DNA of 64,000 bases. It comes from an uncultured Candidatus Saccharibacteria bacterium. GTDB lineage: Bacteria; Patescibacteriota; Saccharimonadia; CAZBQI01. This document shows, one piece after another, positions 40,210 through 49,170 of this stretch (position 1 is its first letter; each line of letters starts with the position of its first letter). Below the pieces are notes generated by a model. That model saw only the letters and a list, made by a program, of their open reading frames with translations, had not been told where the DNA came from and ran no database searches. The stretch covers positions 21,737 through 85,736 of the forward strand of contig CAZBQI010000003.1 in the NCBI GenBank assembly GCA_964494105.1, given 5' to 3'. The position numbers and the translations under genes are program-made.

Positions 40210-42693
40210 TTGAAAGATTTCAGTAGTTTTAAAGCCTTTAGCGAACGACTTACCGAGAATGCTCGGCTAAGTTTGGACCGTGCTAATGATATTGCCAGAG
40301 CCATGGGCTCTACCTATATTGGTACCGAACACATTTTGCTTGGTGTTCTGGCGCAAGAAGGTTCGATTGGTTCCAAAGTACTAAAAAGTGCCGGTGTAAC
40401 CTTGGATCGCGCAAAGTTGGCATTAAGCCTAACGCCAAAAGTTCTTACCAACACCTCGTCTCGTGGATTGAGCGAAACGGCTAAGTTAACACTTACTTTA
40501 AGCTGGAAGATCGCCAAAGAATTTGGCCAAGACTACTGCGGTACCGAGCACATTTTATTCGCAACCCTCAACCAAAAGAATGCGCGCGCAACCATATTAT
40601 TGCGAGATATGAATGCCGATCTAGAAGTTGTGCGCGGCGAACTAGAACAATACCTATCGAACCAGCAGTATTTTTATGAAGAGCGAGCAAAGCGTAGTAA
40701 TACCAAAACACGCGCCAAAAAGAGCAAAACACCAACAATTGATTACTTTGGGGTGGATATTACCGCTCAAGCTCGCAAAGGCAAGCTTGATCCGGTAGTT
40801 GGTCGTGAGGTGCAAATAAAACGCATGATAACCATACTTAATCGCCGGACCAAGAATAATCCGGTGCTAATTGGCGAACCGGGAGTAGGTAAAACTGCCA
40901 TCGTAGAGGGTTTAGCTCAGCGAATCGTTACCGAGGAAGTTCCCGATAGTTTGCTCGACAAGCGCATTGTAAATATCGATCTATCGAGCCTTATAGCAGG
41001 TACCAAATATCGTGGTGAGTTCGAGGATCGCTTAAAGCGAATGCTCGAAGAGCTTAAAAAGAACGACAACATCATGTTATTTATTGACGAGCTACATCTG
41101 ATTGTTGGTGCTGGTGCAGCCGAAGGCGCAATAGATGCCGGTAACATTTTAAAGCCAGCTTTGGCACGTGGGCTTATTCGCGTAATTGGCGCAACCACAA
41201 TTGATGAATACCGCAAACATGTCGAAAAAGATGCCGCCCTTGAAAGACGCTTTCAAACAATTATAGTGCCAGAAGCCACGCCCGAGGAGACTGCTCAAAT
41301 TTTACGTGGGCTCAAGAAGCACTACGAGCACTTTCACGGCGTAAAAATTAGCGACGAGATTGTGGACGAGACTGTGAAATTATCTAAGCGCTACCTAAAC
41401 GATCGCTATTTGCCAGATAAGGCCATAGATATTTTGGACGAGGCAGCAGCCCAGTTACGCATTGATAAGGGTGGTAAATCTAGTGTTGAGACTAAAAAGA
41501 TGTATCGCAACCTGCGCGAGCTCACCAAGCGCATGGATGAAGCAGTAGAAAACGAAGACTACGAGAGCGCAGCTAAGCTTAAAACTCAAGTAAGCCTACT
41601 AGAGCAAAAGCTTGAACAGGCTCGCATGCGCCAAGACTTAAAAGGTAAGGCCTTAGAAATTACTAGCGAGAACCTGGCGGCAGTGATTGCCTCAATTACC
41701 GGTGTGCCGGTGAAAAAGTTAGTTAAGTCCGAGGCCAACCAGCTCATGAAACTCGAGGGCGCTTTGGCGCGTAATGTAATTGGCCAGCGCGAAGCTATTG
41801 CTGCTGTGGCGCGTTCGATTCGGCGAAACCGCTCTGGCATATCCGATGCCAAACGGCCGATTGGATCATTCTTGTTTATGGGCCCAACCGGTGTTGGAAA
41901 AACCGAACTAGCCAGAGTATTAGCGCGCGAACTATTCCATAGCGATGATGCATTGATAAAGATCGATATGAGTGAATTTATGGAGCGCCACAATGTGTCG
42001 CGATTACTTGGTGCGCCAGCCGGTTACGTGGGGTACGAAGAAGGTGGCCAACTAACTGAGAAAATTCGGCGTCAGCCATATTCGCTTATTTTGTTCGACG
42101 AGATTGAAAAGGCTCATCCCGATGTATTTAATATGTTGCTTCAAATTCTGGAAGACGGGCACGTGAGTGATGCGAAGGGTCGCAAAGTCGACTTTACTAA
42201 TACGGTGATAATTATGACTTCAAATATTGGTGCCGAGCGGTTGTACAAAGAAGCCGTTCTAGGTTTTAGAGCGGAAAAGACCGGTAGTGCCCAAGAGCTT
42301 ACCAGTCTACATGCAGAAATTGAAGACAGAGTGCGCGAAGATCTAAAGGAAACCATGCGACCAGAAATGCTTAATCGCATAGATAAGATTGTGGTGTTCA
42401 GAGCACTTTCGCATGCCAATGTGCGTAAGATCTTGCAGTTGCGCTTAAATGAACTAACAGAACGCCTAGCTGAAAAAGGCTTGGGTATCACTATGAGCCC
42501 GGCTGCTCGCAAGCACATAATAGATGAAGGCTACGAACCAAGCATGGGGGTGCGCCCCCTCCGCCGAGTCCTGGAAGAGAAGGTAGAGGATCCAATTGCC
42601 ACCGGCATATTAGACGGCACTTACAATGAGGGCGATTTAATTCACGTAGGTTTAAGGAATAAAGAACTTTCTTTCGAAGTAGCGAAAGAGTAA
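40210..42693 (+). CDS. clpC: ATP-dependent Clp protease ATP-binding subunit ClpC
   Basis: 827 aa. Two Clp_N repeats ([20 protein letters not shown]), AAA1 [10 protein letters not shown], a UVR-like linker, AAA2 [11 protein letters not shown] and the sensor region. TTG start with GGGAGA RBS. Confidence 0.9.
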   Translation: MKDFSSFKAFSERLTENARLSLDRANDIARAMGSTYIGTEHILLGVLAQEGSIGSKVLKSAGVTLDRAKLALSLTPKVLTNTSSRGLSETAKLTLTLSWKIAKEFGQDYCGTEHILFATLNQKNARATILLRDMNADLEVVRGELEQYLSNQQYFYEERAKRSNTKTRAKKSKTPTIDYFGVDITAQARKGKLDPVVGREVQIKRMITILNRRTKNNPVLIGEPGVGKTAIVEGLAQRIVTEEVPDSLLDKRIVNIDLSSLIAGTKYRGEFEDRLKRMLEELKKNDNIMLFIDELHLIVGAGAAEGAIDAGNILKPALARGLIRVIGATTIDEYRKHVEKDAALERRFQTIIVPEATPEETAQILRGLKKHYEHFHGVKISDEIVDETVKLSKRYLNDRYLPDKAIDILDEAAAQLRIDKGGKSSVETKKMYRNLRELTKRMDEAVENEDYESAAKLKTQVSLLEQKLEQARMRQDLKGKALEITSENLAAVIASITGVPVKKLVKSEANQLMKLEGALARNVIGQREAIAAVARSIRRNRSGISDAKRPIGSFLFMGPTGVGKTELARVLARELFHSDDALIKIDMSEFMERHNVSRLLGAPAGYVGYEEGGQLTEKIRRQPYSLILFDEIEKAHPDVFNMLLQILEDGHVSDAKGRKVDFTNTVIIMTSNIGAERLYKEAVLGFRAEKTGSAQELTSLHAEIEDRVREDLKETMRPEMLNRIDKIVVFRALSHANVRKILQLRLNELTERLAEKGLGITMSPAARKHIIDEGYEPSMGVRPLRRVLEEKVEDPIATGILDGTYNEGDLIHVGLRNKELSFEVAKE

Positions 42694-42697
42694 AACC

Positions 42698-43039
42698 ATG
42701 CCAGAGCAAATTGATGCTAACGCAAGCGGAAAAGAAAACCCGGCGTTTACATCGCCCGACTGCATCATAATTGCTATTGATCCAGCTACAGATTTCATGC
42801 TACTAGAGACTAAGGAGCCAGAACCAAGGAGGGTATTGTTTGGGCTTAGCCGATACGCAAGTGCTTCTGGAGTGGAGGCAAACAGATTTGAGCCTGGTGC
42901 TGTAATTAGCTGGAGAGAACCTGATAATGAGGCAGATTTAACCGGCAAAATTAAAATAACTCCGCCAGCGGATGCTAGTAAAGATGAAGATACTAGTGCG
43001 ATCATAGCGGAATTTTTGAATGCTGGAACAATAAAATAG
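42698..43039 (+). CDS. hypothetical acidic protein (113 aa)
   Basis: ORF with no recognisable motif. First of three small ORFans after clpC. Confidence 0.4.
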   Translation: MPEQIDANASGKENPAFTSPDCIIIAIDPATDFMLLETKEPEPRRVLFGLSRYASASGVEANRFEPGAVISWREPDNEADLTGKIKITPPADASKDEDTSAIIAEFLNAGTIK

Positions 43040-43097
43040 TTGTTGTAAAACGCACTGTTTAAAGAGTAAGATGCCTTTATAACTGAGGTCTTATTCT

Positions 43098-43409
43098 TTG
43101 TCGATTGATCGAGATCCGACGCCAAGTCGGGAGCAGCTAGCATTTGAAGCTTATGAAGTAACAGGCGTAGATACTGTTGCTTCAATGGTACATGTTATTG
43201 GGTTTGAGGATGGAGCTCAGATAGATATGCGAATACCTGTTTTTCGTATAGAGTCTGCTAATCCCGGTGTTGTTGAGGAGTTAGCACCTGGTGATTATAT
43301 TATTTACACATTGGTGCGTGTTGGTGAGCTACGGGGTTTAAGTCCACCAATAATGACTGAAAGCTATCAGAGGATTCCGCCTGTAGATGTTGAGACAGAT
43401 TTCTCTTGA
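43098..43409 (+). CDS. hypothetical acidic protein (103 aa)
   Basis: Apparent TTG start; no recognisable motif. Confidence 0.35.
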   Translation: MSIDRDPTPSREQLAFEAYEVTGVDTVASMVHVIGFEDGAQIDMRIPVFRIESANPGVVEELAPGDYIIYTLVRVGELRGLSPPIMTESYQRIPPVDVETDFS

Positions 43410-43472
43410 GCGTAAGATATATTTCAAATAGAATACGGGTGTTAATAACTTATAGGAGGCTTGGAGATAGGC

Positions 43473-43967
43473 ATGGGTACAGATATTCAATCGGGTAGCA
43501 TTGATCCATCGATACGCGTCGGGAATGAGGTGGTTGGTGCTGATGTTATTCGGTCATTTCTTGACCGCAACGACGTATCTCCTTTTTTTGCAGGGTTTGG
43601 AGATGTATTGTCTGCCCAAACGCATTCGTATCACGAAATAGTCGAGCTAAACTCAGGTGGCAATATATTGTTTGCAATTCGGACTGGCAGATTTGACCAT
43701 TCAGGCGCGACAGATGCAGACGTAGATACGGCTGACCTTGACACAATTCTATTTGACTCTGCCGACTTAGTGTCCGATTATAGGTCTTTTGCGGGTTCAC
43801 GTGGGTTAGTGGAGTTACCGTTAAGTGGACCTAGTAGAGTGGCTCATTTTGCGTCAGGTGATAAGGTTTATGTTATCGCGGAAACTAACACCAAAATTCC
43901 ATCACTCAGCGCAGACTTCGATCCCGATGCCACAATACCCACGCCCCCGGTGTCGGCACACTCATAA
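43473..43967 (+). CDS. hypothetical acidic protein (about 165 aa)
   Basis: AGGAGG at 43455-43460 with ATG at 43473. Asp-rich (DADVDTADLDTILFDSADLVSD). No recognisable motif. Confidence 0.4.
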   Translation: MGTDIQSGSIDPSIRVGNEVVGADVIRSFLDRNDVSPFFAGFGDVLSAQTHSYHEIVELNSGGNILFAIRTGRFDHSGATDADVDTADLDTILFDSADLVSDYRSFAGSRGLVELPLSGPSRVAHFASGDKVYVIAETNTKIPSLSADFDPDATIPTPPVSAHS

Positions 43968-43986
43968 GGTTGGTATAATAGTGTCA

Positions 43987-44232
43987 ATGATATGGCAGGA
44001 TTTAGTTTTCGGCATTGGGAGTTTTATATTTTCAATTGCATTAGTGCCAAGCATTATCGGTAAAGATAAACCAGCAATCGGGACGAGTTTAAGTACAGCT
44101 CTGGTTTTAACAACATTTGTTATTGCATACATTACATTGAGCTTCTGGCTAGCAGTCATTGCAATTAGTATGACTATGATGGCTTGGTACATTCTAGCTT
44201 TTCAAAAATATTTACAAACAAAGCAAAAATGA
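43987..44232 (+). CDS. small two-TM membrane protein
   Basis: Start moved to an internal ATG (MIWQDLVFGIG...). ATGA overlap with the downstream IMPase-family gene. Confidence 0.4.
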   Translation: MIWQDLVFGIGSFIFSIALVPSIIGKDKPAIGTSLSTALVLTTFVIAYITLSFWLAVIAISMTMMAWYILAFQKYLQTKQK

Positions 44233-45023
44233 CACAAGATCTAGTATCGCTACAGAAACACGCTGAACAGATCGTTAAAACTGCTGCCGACAAGCTAAAG
44301 CCATACTTTGGCAATGTTAAGTACGAACAGAAGTCCAATGCTGATTATTTTGATGTAGTAACCGAATTAGACAAATCAACAGAGAAAACAATTTCATCAG
44401 AACTTGAAAAGGTTGACCCCAGCTTTGGTTTTTACGGAGAAGAATTTGGCCAGGCAAGAAAAGGTAAACGGCAATGGATACTAGACCCAATTGACGGAAC
44501 ATCACTGTTTATTCGTGGCATTCCGTTTTGTAGCACGATGTTGGCGTTGGCTGAAGGCCCCGATGTGCTCATATCTATAATAGTGAATATTGCCAATGGG
44601 GATGTATACACTGCCATTAAAGATGGCGGGGCTAAGAAGAACGGTAAAGCTATTAAGGTCAGTACTCGAAGTTTGAATGAAGCTTACATTGGCTTTGAAA
44701 TAAATCGAAGTATTGCTGGCAATAATGAAATTGCAGAGCGGTTTAGCTCCTTAAGTGCTCCGTATAAAACAATGAACAGCGGATGGGAATTTTGCATGAC
44801 AGCCGAAGGCAAGCTGGATGGTCGCATCCAAAAAGACCCTTGGGGCGGTATTTACGACTTCGCGCCTGGTTCCTTATTGGTGCGCGAGGCTGGAGGCATA
44901 GTTAATAATATAGGCGAATCTACCTTCGATTATCGAAATTTAAATATTATTGCTACAAATAAGCGAATTTATAGTGAGTTGACAGAGGGCAGAGATGCCC
45001 TTTTCCCGGTAAGCAAGAAATGA
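44229..45023 (+). CDS. inositol-monophosphatase/FBPase-family phosphatase
   Basis: WILDPIDGT metal-binding motif and FYGEE. Start moved to the ATG at 44229. Confidence 0.8.
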   Translation: MTQDLVSLQKHAEQIVKTAADKLKPYFGNVKYEQKSNADYFDVVTELDKSTEKTISSELEKVDPSFGFYGEEFGQARKGKRQWILDPIDGTSLFIRGIPFCSTMLALAEGPDVLISIIVNIANGDVYTAIKDGGAKKNGKAIKVSTRSLNEAYIGFEINRSIAGNNEIAERFSSLSAPYKTMNSGWEFCMTAEGKLDGRIQKDPWGGIYDFAPGSLLVREAGGIVNNIGESTFDYRNLNIIATNKRIYSELTEGRDALFPVSKK

Positions 45024-45550
45024 AGATAGCTGTCGGTTCAGAAAATCCGATTAAGCTAGAGGCTGTAGAAGATGGCTTTCGTAAGGTGTTTCCACAAGAA
45101 AAAATAGATGTTATTGGAGTCAATGCAAAAAGTGGCGTCAGCGAACAGCCACTTAGTGACGCCGAGATGATGAGAGGCGCCAAGAATCGCGCTAAGTCTG
45201 CTATCAAGAAAGTTGCAGGAGCTGATTACGGCGTGGGCTTAGAGGGCGGGCTAAACGAGCATGATGGTGAATGGTATGGACGTAGCTGGATGTCGATTAT
45301 AGATAAAAAAGGTACTCGTGGAATGGGATCGAGTGTTAGCTGTTATATTCCTCCCAAAATGATGGAGCTTGTGCATAAGGGTAAAGACCTTAAGACGGTT
45401 TGCGAAGAGCTATTTGGTATCGAAGACATCGGTCGCAAAGAGGGCTACTTTGGCTTACTTACTAATAATGCCATTACCCGTACCAGCGGCTATAGCGACG
45501 GTATTGTTATGGCTCTATCTAATTTTGTGCGACCGAAAAACGTACGTTAA
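45020..45550 (+). CDS. inosine/xanthosine triphosphatase (YjjX-like, Maf/Ham1 superfamily)
   Basis: 176 aa. SENPIKLEAV...GVSEQPLSDAEMMRGAKNRA resembles the YjjX N-terminus (NPAK...GVPEQP...E...GA.NRA). Confidence 0.65.
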   Translation: MKIAVGSENPIKLEAVEDGFRKVFPQEKIDVIGVNAKSGVSEQPLSDAEMMRGAKNRAKSAIKKVAGADYGVGLEGGLNEHDGEWYGRSWMSIIDKKGTRGMGSSVSCYIPPKMMELVHKGKDLKTVCEELFGIEDIGRKEGYFGLLTNNAITRTSGYSDGIVMALSNFVRPKNVR

Positions 45551-45564
45551 TTCGCTATAATATA

Positions 45565-46512
45565 GTGATGAAGCGACTTTGGGCACTGCTACCAATAGTA
45601 ATTGTACTGATAATGGCTACGCAGTACCAAGCAATTATCGATTGGTATAACTTACAAACTTTTCAGCCGAGCGCTCAAGTGCAGGCAATTGCCGAGCAAA
45701 CCACTATGACTCCAGAAGGCAAGCGATATTTTTATTTAGCCAGGCCTCAGCTTGATAATAAAACAACGTTTAATCAGCACTGTCCTACCGGTGAGCTTAC
45801 TCAGGTTTTGGGTTGTTACAACCGAAATAGAATATATATTTTAGATGTAGATAAAGCCGAGCTAGAGAAAGTAGAAGACGTCACCGGTGCACACGAAATG
45901 CTTCATGCTGCTTACGACCGCCTTACTGCTGGTGAAAAATCTAAAGTAGATGAAGAACTTGAAAGTTATTACGCCACAGTTATCGACCCAAAACTGCGTG
46001 AGCTAATAGCTCAATATGATCGAGCCGAGCCGGGCGAACGGCTCAATGAGCTTCATTCAATTTTACCGACTCAGGTAGAGACACTAAGCCCGACACTTGA
46101 GGAATACTACAAGCGGTATTTCACAAACCGCCAAGCGATTGTGGCAAGCTATAAGCAGTACGAAGGTGTTTTTGATAGCTTGCAGTCACGTTACGATACG
46201 CTGAAAAACGAGATAGACTCGTTGAAAAAAGAGATTGATGTTGCCAAAGCAGAATATGAAGATGCAGCTGCCGAAGCGGATAGACTTACCGCTCAAATTA
46301 CTAGTTTGCGTAACAGAGGTAAGAGCGCCGAATCTAATCAGCTGGTACCCGCCCAAAATGCAGCGGTAAATAAGGTTAACGCGTTGGCTAATGAGATAAA
46401 AGTAATGGTAAACACCTATAATGCCGACGTAGATGAGGTCAATCGCCTGGCGCTAGAGCAAAATGAGCTTGTGCAGTCGCTGAATAGTAGTCAGCTTGCG
46501 CCAGCAAGATAG
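45565..46512 (+). CDS. membrane-anchored HExxH (zincin-like) protein with C-terminal coiled coil
   Basis: N-terminal TM helix, HEMLHAAYDRL, two Cys pairs, and a roughly 120-aa heptad-rich tail. Confidence 0.45.
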   Translation: MMKRLWALLPIVIVLIMATQYQAIIDWYNLQTFQPSAQVQAIAEQTTMTPEGKRYFYLARPQLDNKTTFNQHCPTGELTQVLGCYNRNRIYILDVDKAELEKVEDVTGAHEMLHAAYDRLTAGEKSKVDEELESYYATVIDPKLRELIAQYDRAEPGERLNELHSILPTQVETLSPTLEEYYKRYFTNRQAIVASYKQYEGVFDSLQSRYDTLKNEIDSLKKEIDVAKAEYEDAAAEADRLTAQITSLRNRGKSAESNQLVPAQNAAVNKVNALANEIKVMVNTYNADVDEVNRLALEQNELVQSLNSSQLAPAR

Positions 46513-46544
46513 CATAATACGTCCTACTCTCGTAAGATTAAATA

Positions 46545-47156
46545 ATGACAGATACAGTAAATCAAGAATCGAGCAATCCGCCTAACGGCCCTGAGTTTTT
46601 CGATGTCTTAGCGGTGCACAAGGCGATTGATGAGGCTAGAAGGGTGGGAATTGGTCATGGTCATGGTTTTCTTCGATCGGGTTTAGCCTTACCTGGAGTC
46701 AAAGACTATATAAGTGCAAGCAAAAAGCGTAGCGATACGAGACAATTTCCAGCAACTAAAAATATGATTGTTGATAATCCCCTGGTTCTTACATTCAAAA
46801 ATGGTTTTTCTCTAGATCCAATTATTGCAGCATTAGATAGCGCAGTCGCAGTGCACTATAATGTTGAAAATCTTCAGACGGAATCCTCAAGTATGGTTAT
46901 ATATGAACCAAGTGGACATACGCCAATGCATTCAGATCCTGCAATACTTAGGCTAGTTCTTACTCTGGCTGGTGAAGGTACAGAGGAGTATCGTGAATGG
47001 GGTGAAAACAGAACTGAGCACCACCACGCTTCACCTGGCAACATTACTGCTATGATGGCGATCCCAGGAGAAGAATTCCTACCATTACACGGAGTTTTGC
47101 CTGTGACAGAAGGGCGTGCAATAGTTGAGACTTCATATAAACTACAGAGAACTTAA
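46545..47156 (+). CDS. putative Fe(II)/2-oxoglutarate dioxygenase (PhyH-like), tentative
   Basis: PSGHTPMHSDP resembles the PhyH GGTPWHQD HxD facial-triad motif. Distal His (LPLHGV) and Arg (TEGRAIV) candidates are present. Confidence 0.35.
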   Translation: MTDTVNQESSNPPNGPEFFDVLAVHKAIDEARRVGIGHGHGFLRSGLALPGVKDYISASKKRSDTRQFPATKNMIVDNPLVLTFKNGFSLDPIIAALDSAVAVHYNVENLQTESSSMVIYEPSGHTPMHSDPAILRLVLTLAGEGTEEYREWGENRTEHHHASPGNITAMMAIPGEEFLPLHGVLPVTEGRAIVETSYKLQRT

Positions 47157-47164
47157 GGGGTAAA

Positions 47165-48475
47165 ATGGCTAAAAACAGCGCTAGATTTGTCTGTCAAGAG
47201 TGCGGTAATGTTGAATCCAAATGGAGTGGTAAGTGTGGCAACTGCGGCTCGTGGAATAGTTTTGTCGAAGAAAAGGCTGTAACGAACTCGGCCGGAATAG
47301 CCAGTGGCGCTAAGCTCCAGGCAACACCGGCAACGAAAATAAAAGCCAATACGCAAACAGCTCGTTTAAGTTCTGACATCGACGAGGTTGATCAAGTTTT
47401 AGGCGGAGGCATTATTCCCGGTAGTGTTATCTTGTTAGCTGGTGAGCCTGGGATTGGCAAATCTACACTTCTATTGCAGCTTGCAAACTCTTTAGCTCAG
47501 AAATCTCGTGTGCTTTATGTCAGTGGCGAAGAATCGTTGAATCAGATAAAATTGCGGGCTGATCGGCTGAATACTCTAAACGTGATGCTTGAATTGGCGA
47601 CATCTACCAGTAGTGATGATATAGCGGTGACTATTTCTAGCGGTGAATATCAGCTGGTAGTTGTGGATTCTATTCAAACGATGGCAACGGCGGGTGTGTC
47701 TTCCAGCGCTGGTACGGTTAGTCAAATTACCAACAGTGCGCAGTTACTGCAAAATGCCGCCAAAAATAGCCATACGGCCGTATTAATTGTTGGTCATGTC
47801 ACCAAAGAAGGCAACATTGCGGGCCCGAAAATACTCGAGCACCTGGTAGACGTAGTACTGCATCTAGAGGGCGAGCGTTTTGGAGGGTTCAAGTTGTTGA
47901 GGGGCGTAAAGAACCGCTTTGGTTCTACCAATGAAGTCGGTATTTTTGAGATGAATTCTGATGGCATGAAACCGGTGCAGAACCCGTCTGAGGCATTTTT
48001 GGCCGAACGCAGTGGAGGTGATGGTTCCGTAGTGTTCCCAAGTCTAGAAGGCTCCCGAGCGGTGCTTGTAGAGGTTCAAGCGTTAGTGAGCGCCAGTCCT
48101 TTTGGCTACCCCAAACGTACAGCCGTTGGTTTTGACTTAAATCGGTTAAATCTACTCGTAGCCGTTTTAAGCCGTCGCGCCGGACTAAATCTGGGCACAC
48201 AAGACATATACGTAAATATAGTTGGTGGCTTAAGGCTGGCTGAGCCAGCGGCCGACTTAGCCGTGTGTATGGCAATCGCATCCGCTTTTCGTAAAAAGCC
48301 ACTAATAGACAAAACAGTTGTTTTTGGCGAAGTTGGCTTAAGCGGAGAAGTAAGGCGTGTAGAACAACCGGAAAAGCGTCTGTCTGAAGCTAAGAAGTTG
48401 AAGTTTACAAATTATATTAGCGTGGCTAACACAAGGACTATTGTAGAGGCCATCAAGAAAGGAATTACTACATGA
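47165..48475 (+). CDS. radA: DNA repair protein RadA/Sms
   Basis: C4 zinc finger CQECGNVESKWSGKCGNCGSW, RecA-like GEPGIGKSTLLLQ with KNRFG motif, and a Lon-like C-terminal domain. Confidence 0.95.
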   Translation: MAKNSARFVCQECGNVESKWSGKCGNCGSWNSFVEEKAVTNSAGIASGAKLQATPATKIKANTQTARLSSDIDEVDQVLGGGIIPGSVILLAGEPGIGKSTLLLQLANSLAQKSRVLYVSGEESLNQIKLRADRLNTLNVMLELATSTSSDDIAVTISSGEYQLVVVDSIQTMATAGVSSSAGTVSQITNSAQLLQNAAKNSHTAVLIVGHVTKEGNIAGPKILEHLVDVVLHLEGERFGGFKLLRGVKNRFGSTNEVGIFEMNSDGMKPVQNPSEAFLAERSGGDGSVVFPSLEGSRAVLVEVQALVSASPFGYPKRTAVGFDLNRLNLLVAVLSRRAGLNLGTQDIYVNIVGGLRLAEPAADLAVCMAIASAFRKKPLIDKTVVFGEVGLSGEVRRVEQPEKRLSEAKKLKFTNYISVANTRTIVEAIKKGITT

Positions 48476-49170
48476 TAATTGTTATTTTACTATTACAGCT
48501 ACTAACCATCATTTTAGTTATTTGGCTGAGAGGAAGAATGCAAACTAGTACTGCAGGGAATGTGCCAAAATACGTGGTCGATACGTCCGCCCTAATTGAT
48601 GGTCGCATGGAAAACGTAGCCAAACATGGTTTTATGCCAGGAACCATATTTATCCCAAAGTTCGTCTTGGCAGAGTTGCAACACATTGCCGACAGTACAA
48701 ACGAACTAAGACGTTCTCGCGGGCGATTTGGCCTTGAGCTTGTGCGCACATTACAAGCATCATCTGAAACTGACGTTATCATTATTAATGATAACCCAAC
48801 CAAAATAGCCAAAGTAGACGACAAGTTAGTAGAGGTGGCGAAAAAAAGGCGCGCCGCCATTATTACTACCGATTTTAACTTAAATCGAGTAGCCGTAATT
48901 CAGGATGTAACAGTGTTAAACGTTAATGAACTGGCTCATGCCTTAAGACCCATCGTTTTGCCCGGGGAAGAAGTTGTAATTAAGCTTGTTCAAAAAGGAA
49001 GCGATGCTCATCAAGGGGTTGGCTATCTAGAGGATGGAACAATGGTCGTGGTTGATCATGCCAATCGCTTAATTGGGCGCGAAGTAAAAGTAAATGTAAC
49101 CAGAATAATGCAAACAGTAGCAGGTAAAATGCTATTCGCTAGTTTGGTTAAAAGAGCGCAAAAAGATTAA
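48472..49170 (+). CDS. PIN/TRAM-domain protein (YacL-like)
   Basis: N-terminal TM, PIN domain (VVDTSALIDGR, TTDFNL) and a C-terminal TRAM-like beta domain. The radA-yacL adjacency is as in Bacillus. Confidence 0.7.
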   Translation: MIIVILLLQLLTIILVIWLRGRMQTSTAGNVPKYVVDTSALIDGRMENVAKHGFMPGTIFIPKFVLAELQHIADSTNELRRSRGRFGLELVRTLQASSETDVIIINDNPTKIAKVDDKLVEVAKKRRAAIITTDFNLNRVAVIQDVTVLNVNELAHALRPIVLPGEEVVIKLVQKGSDAHQGVGYLEDGTMVVVDHANRLIGREVKVNVTRIMQTVAGKMLFASLVKRAQKD

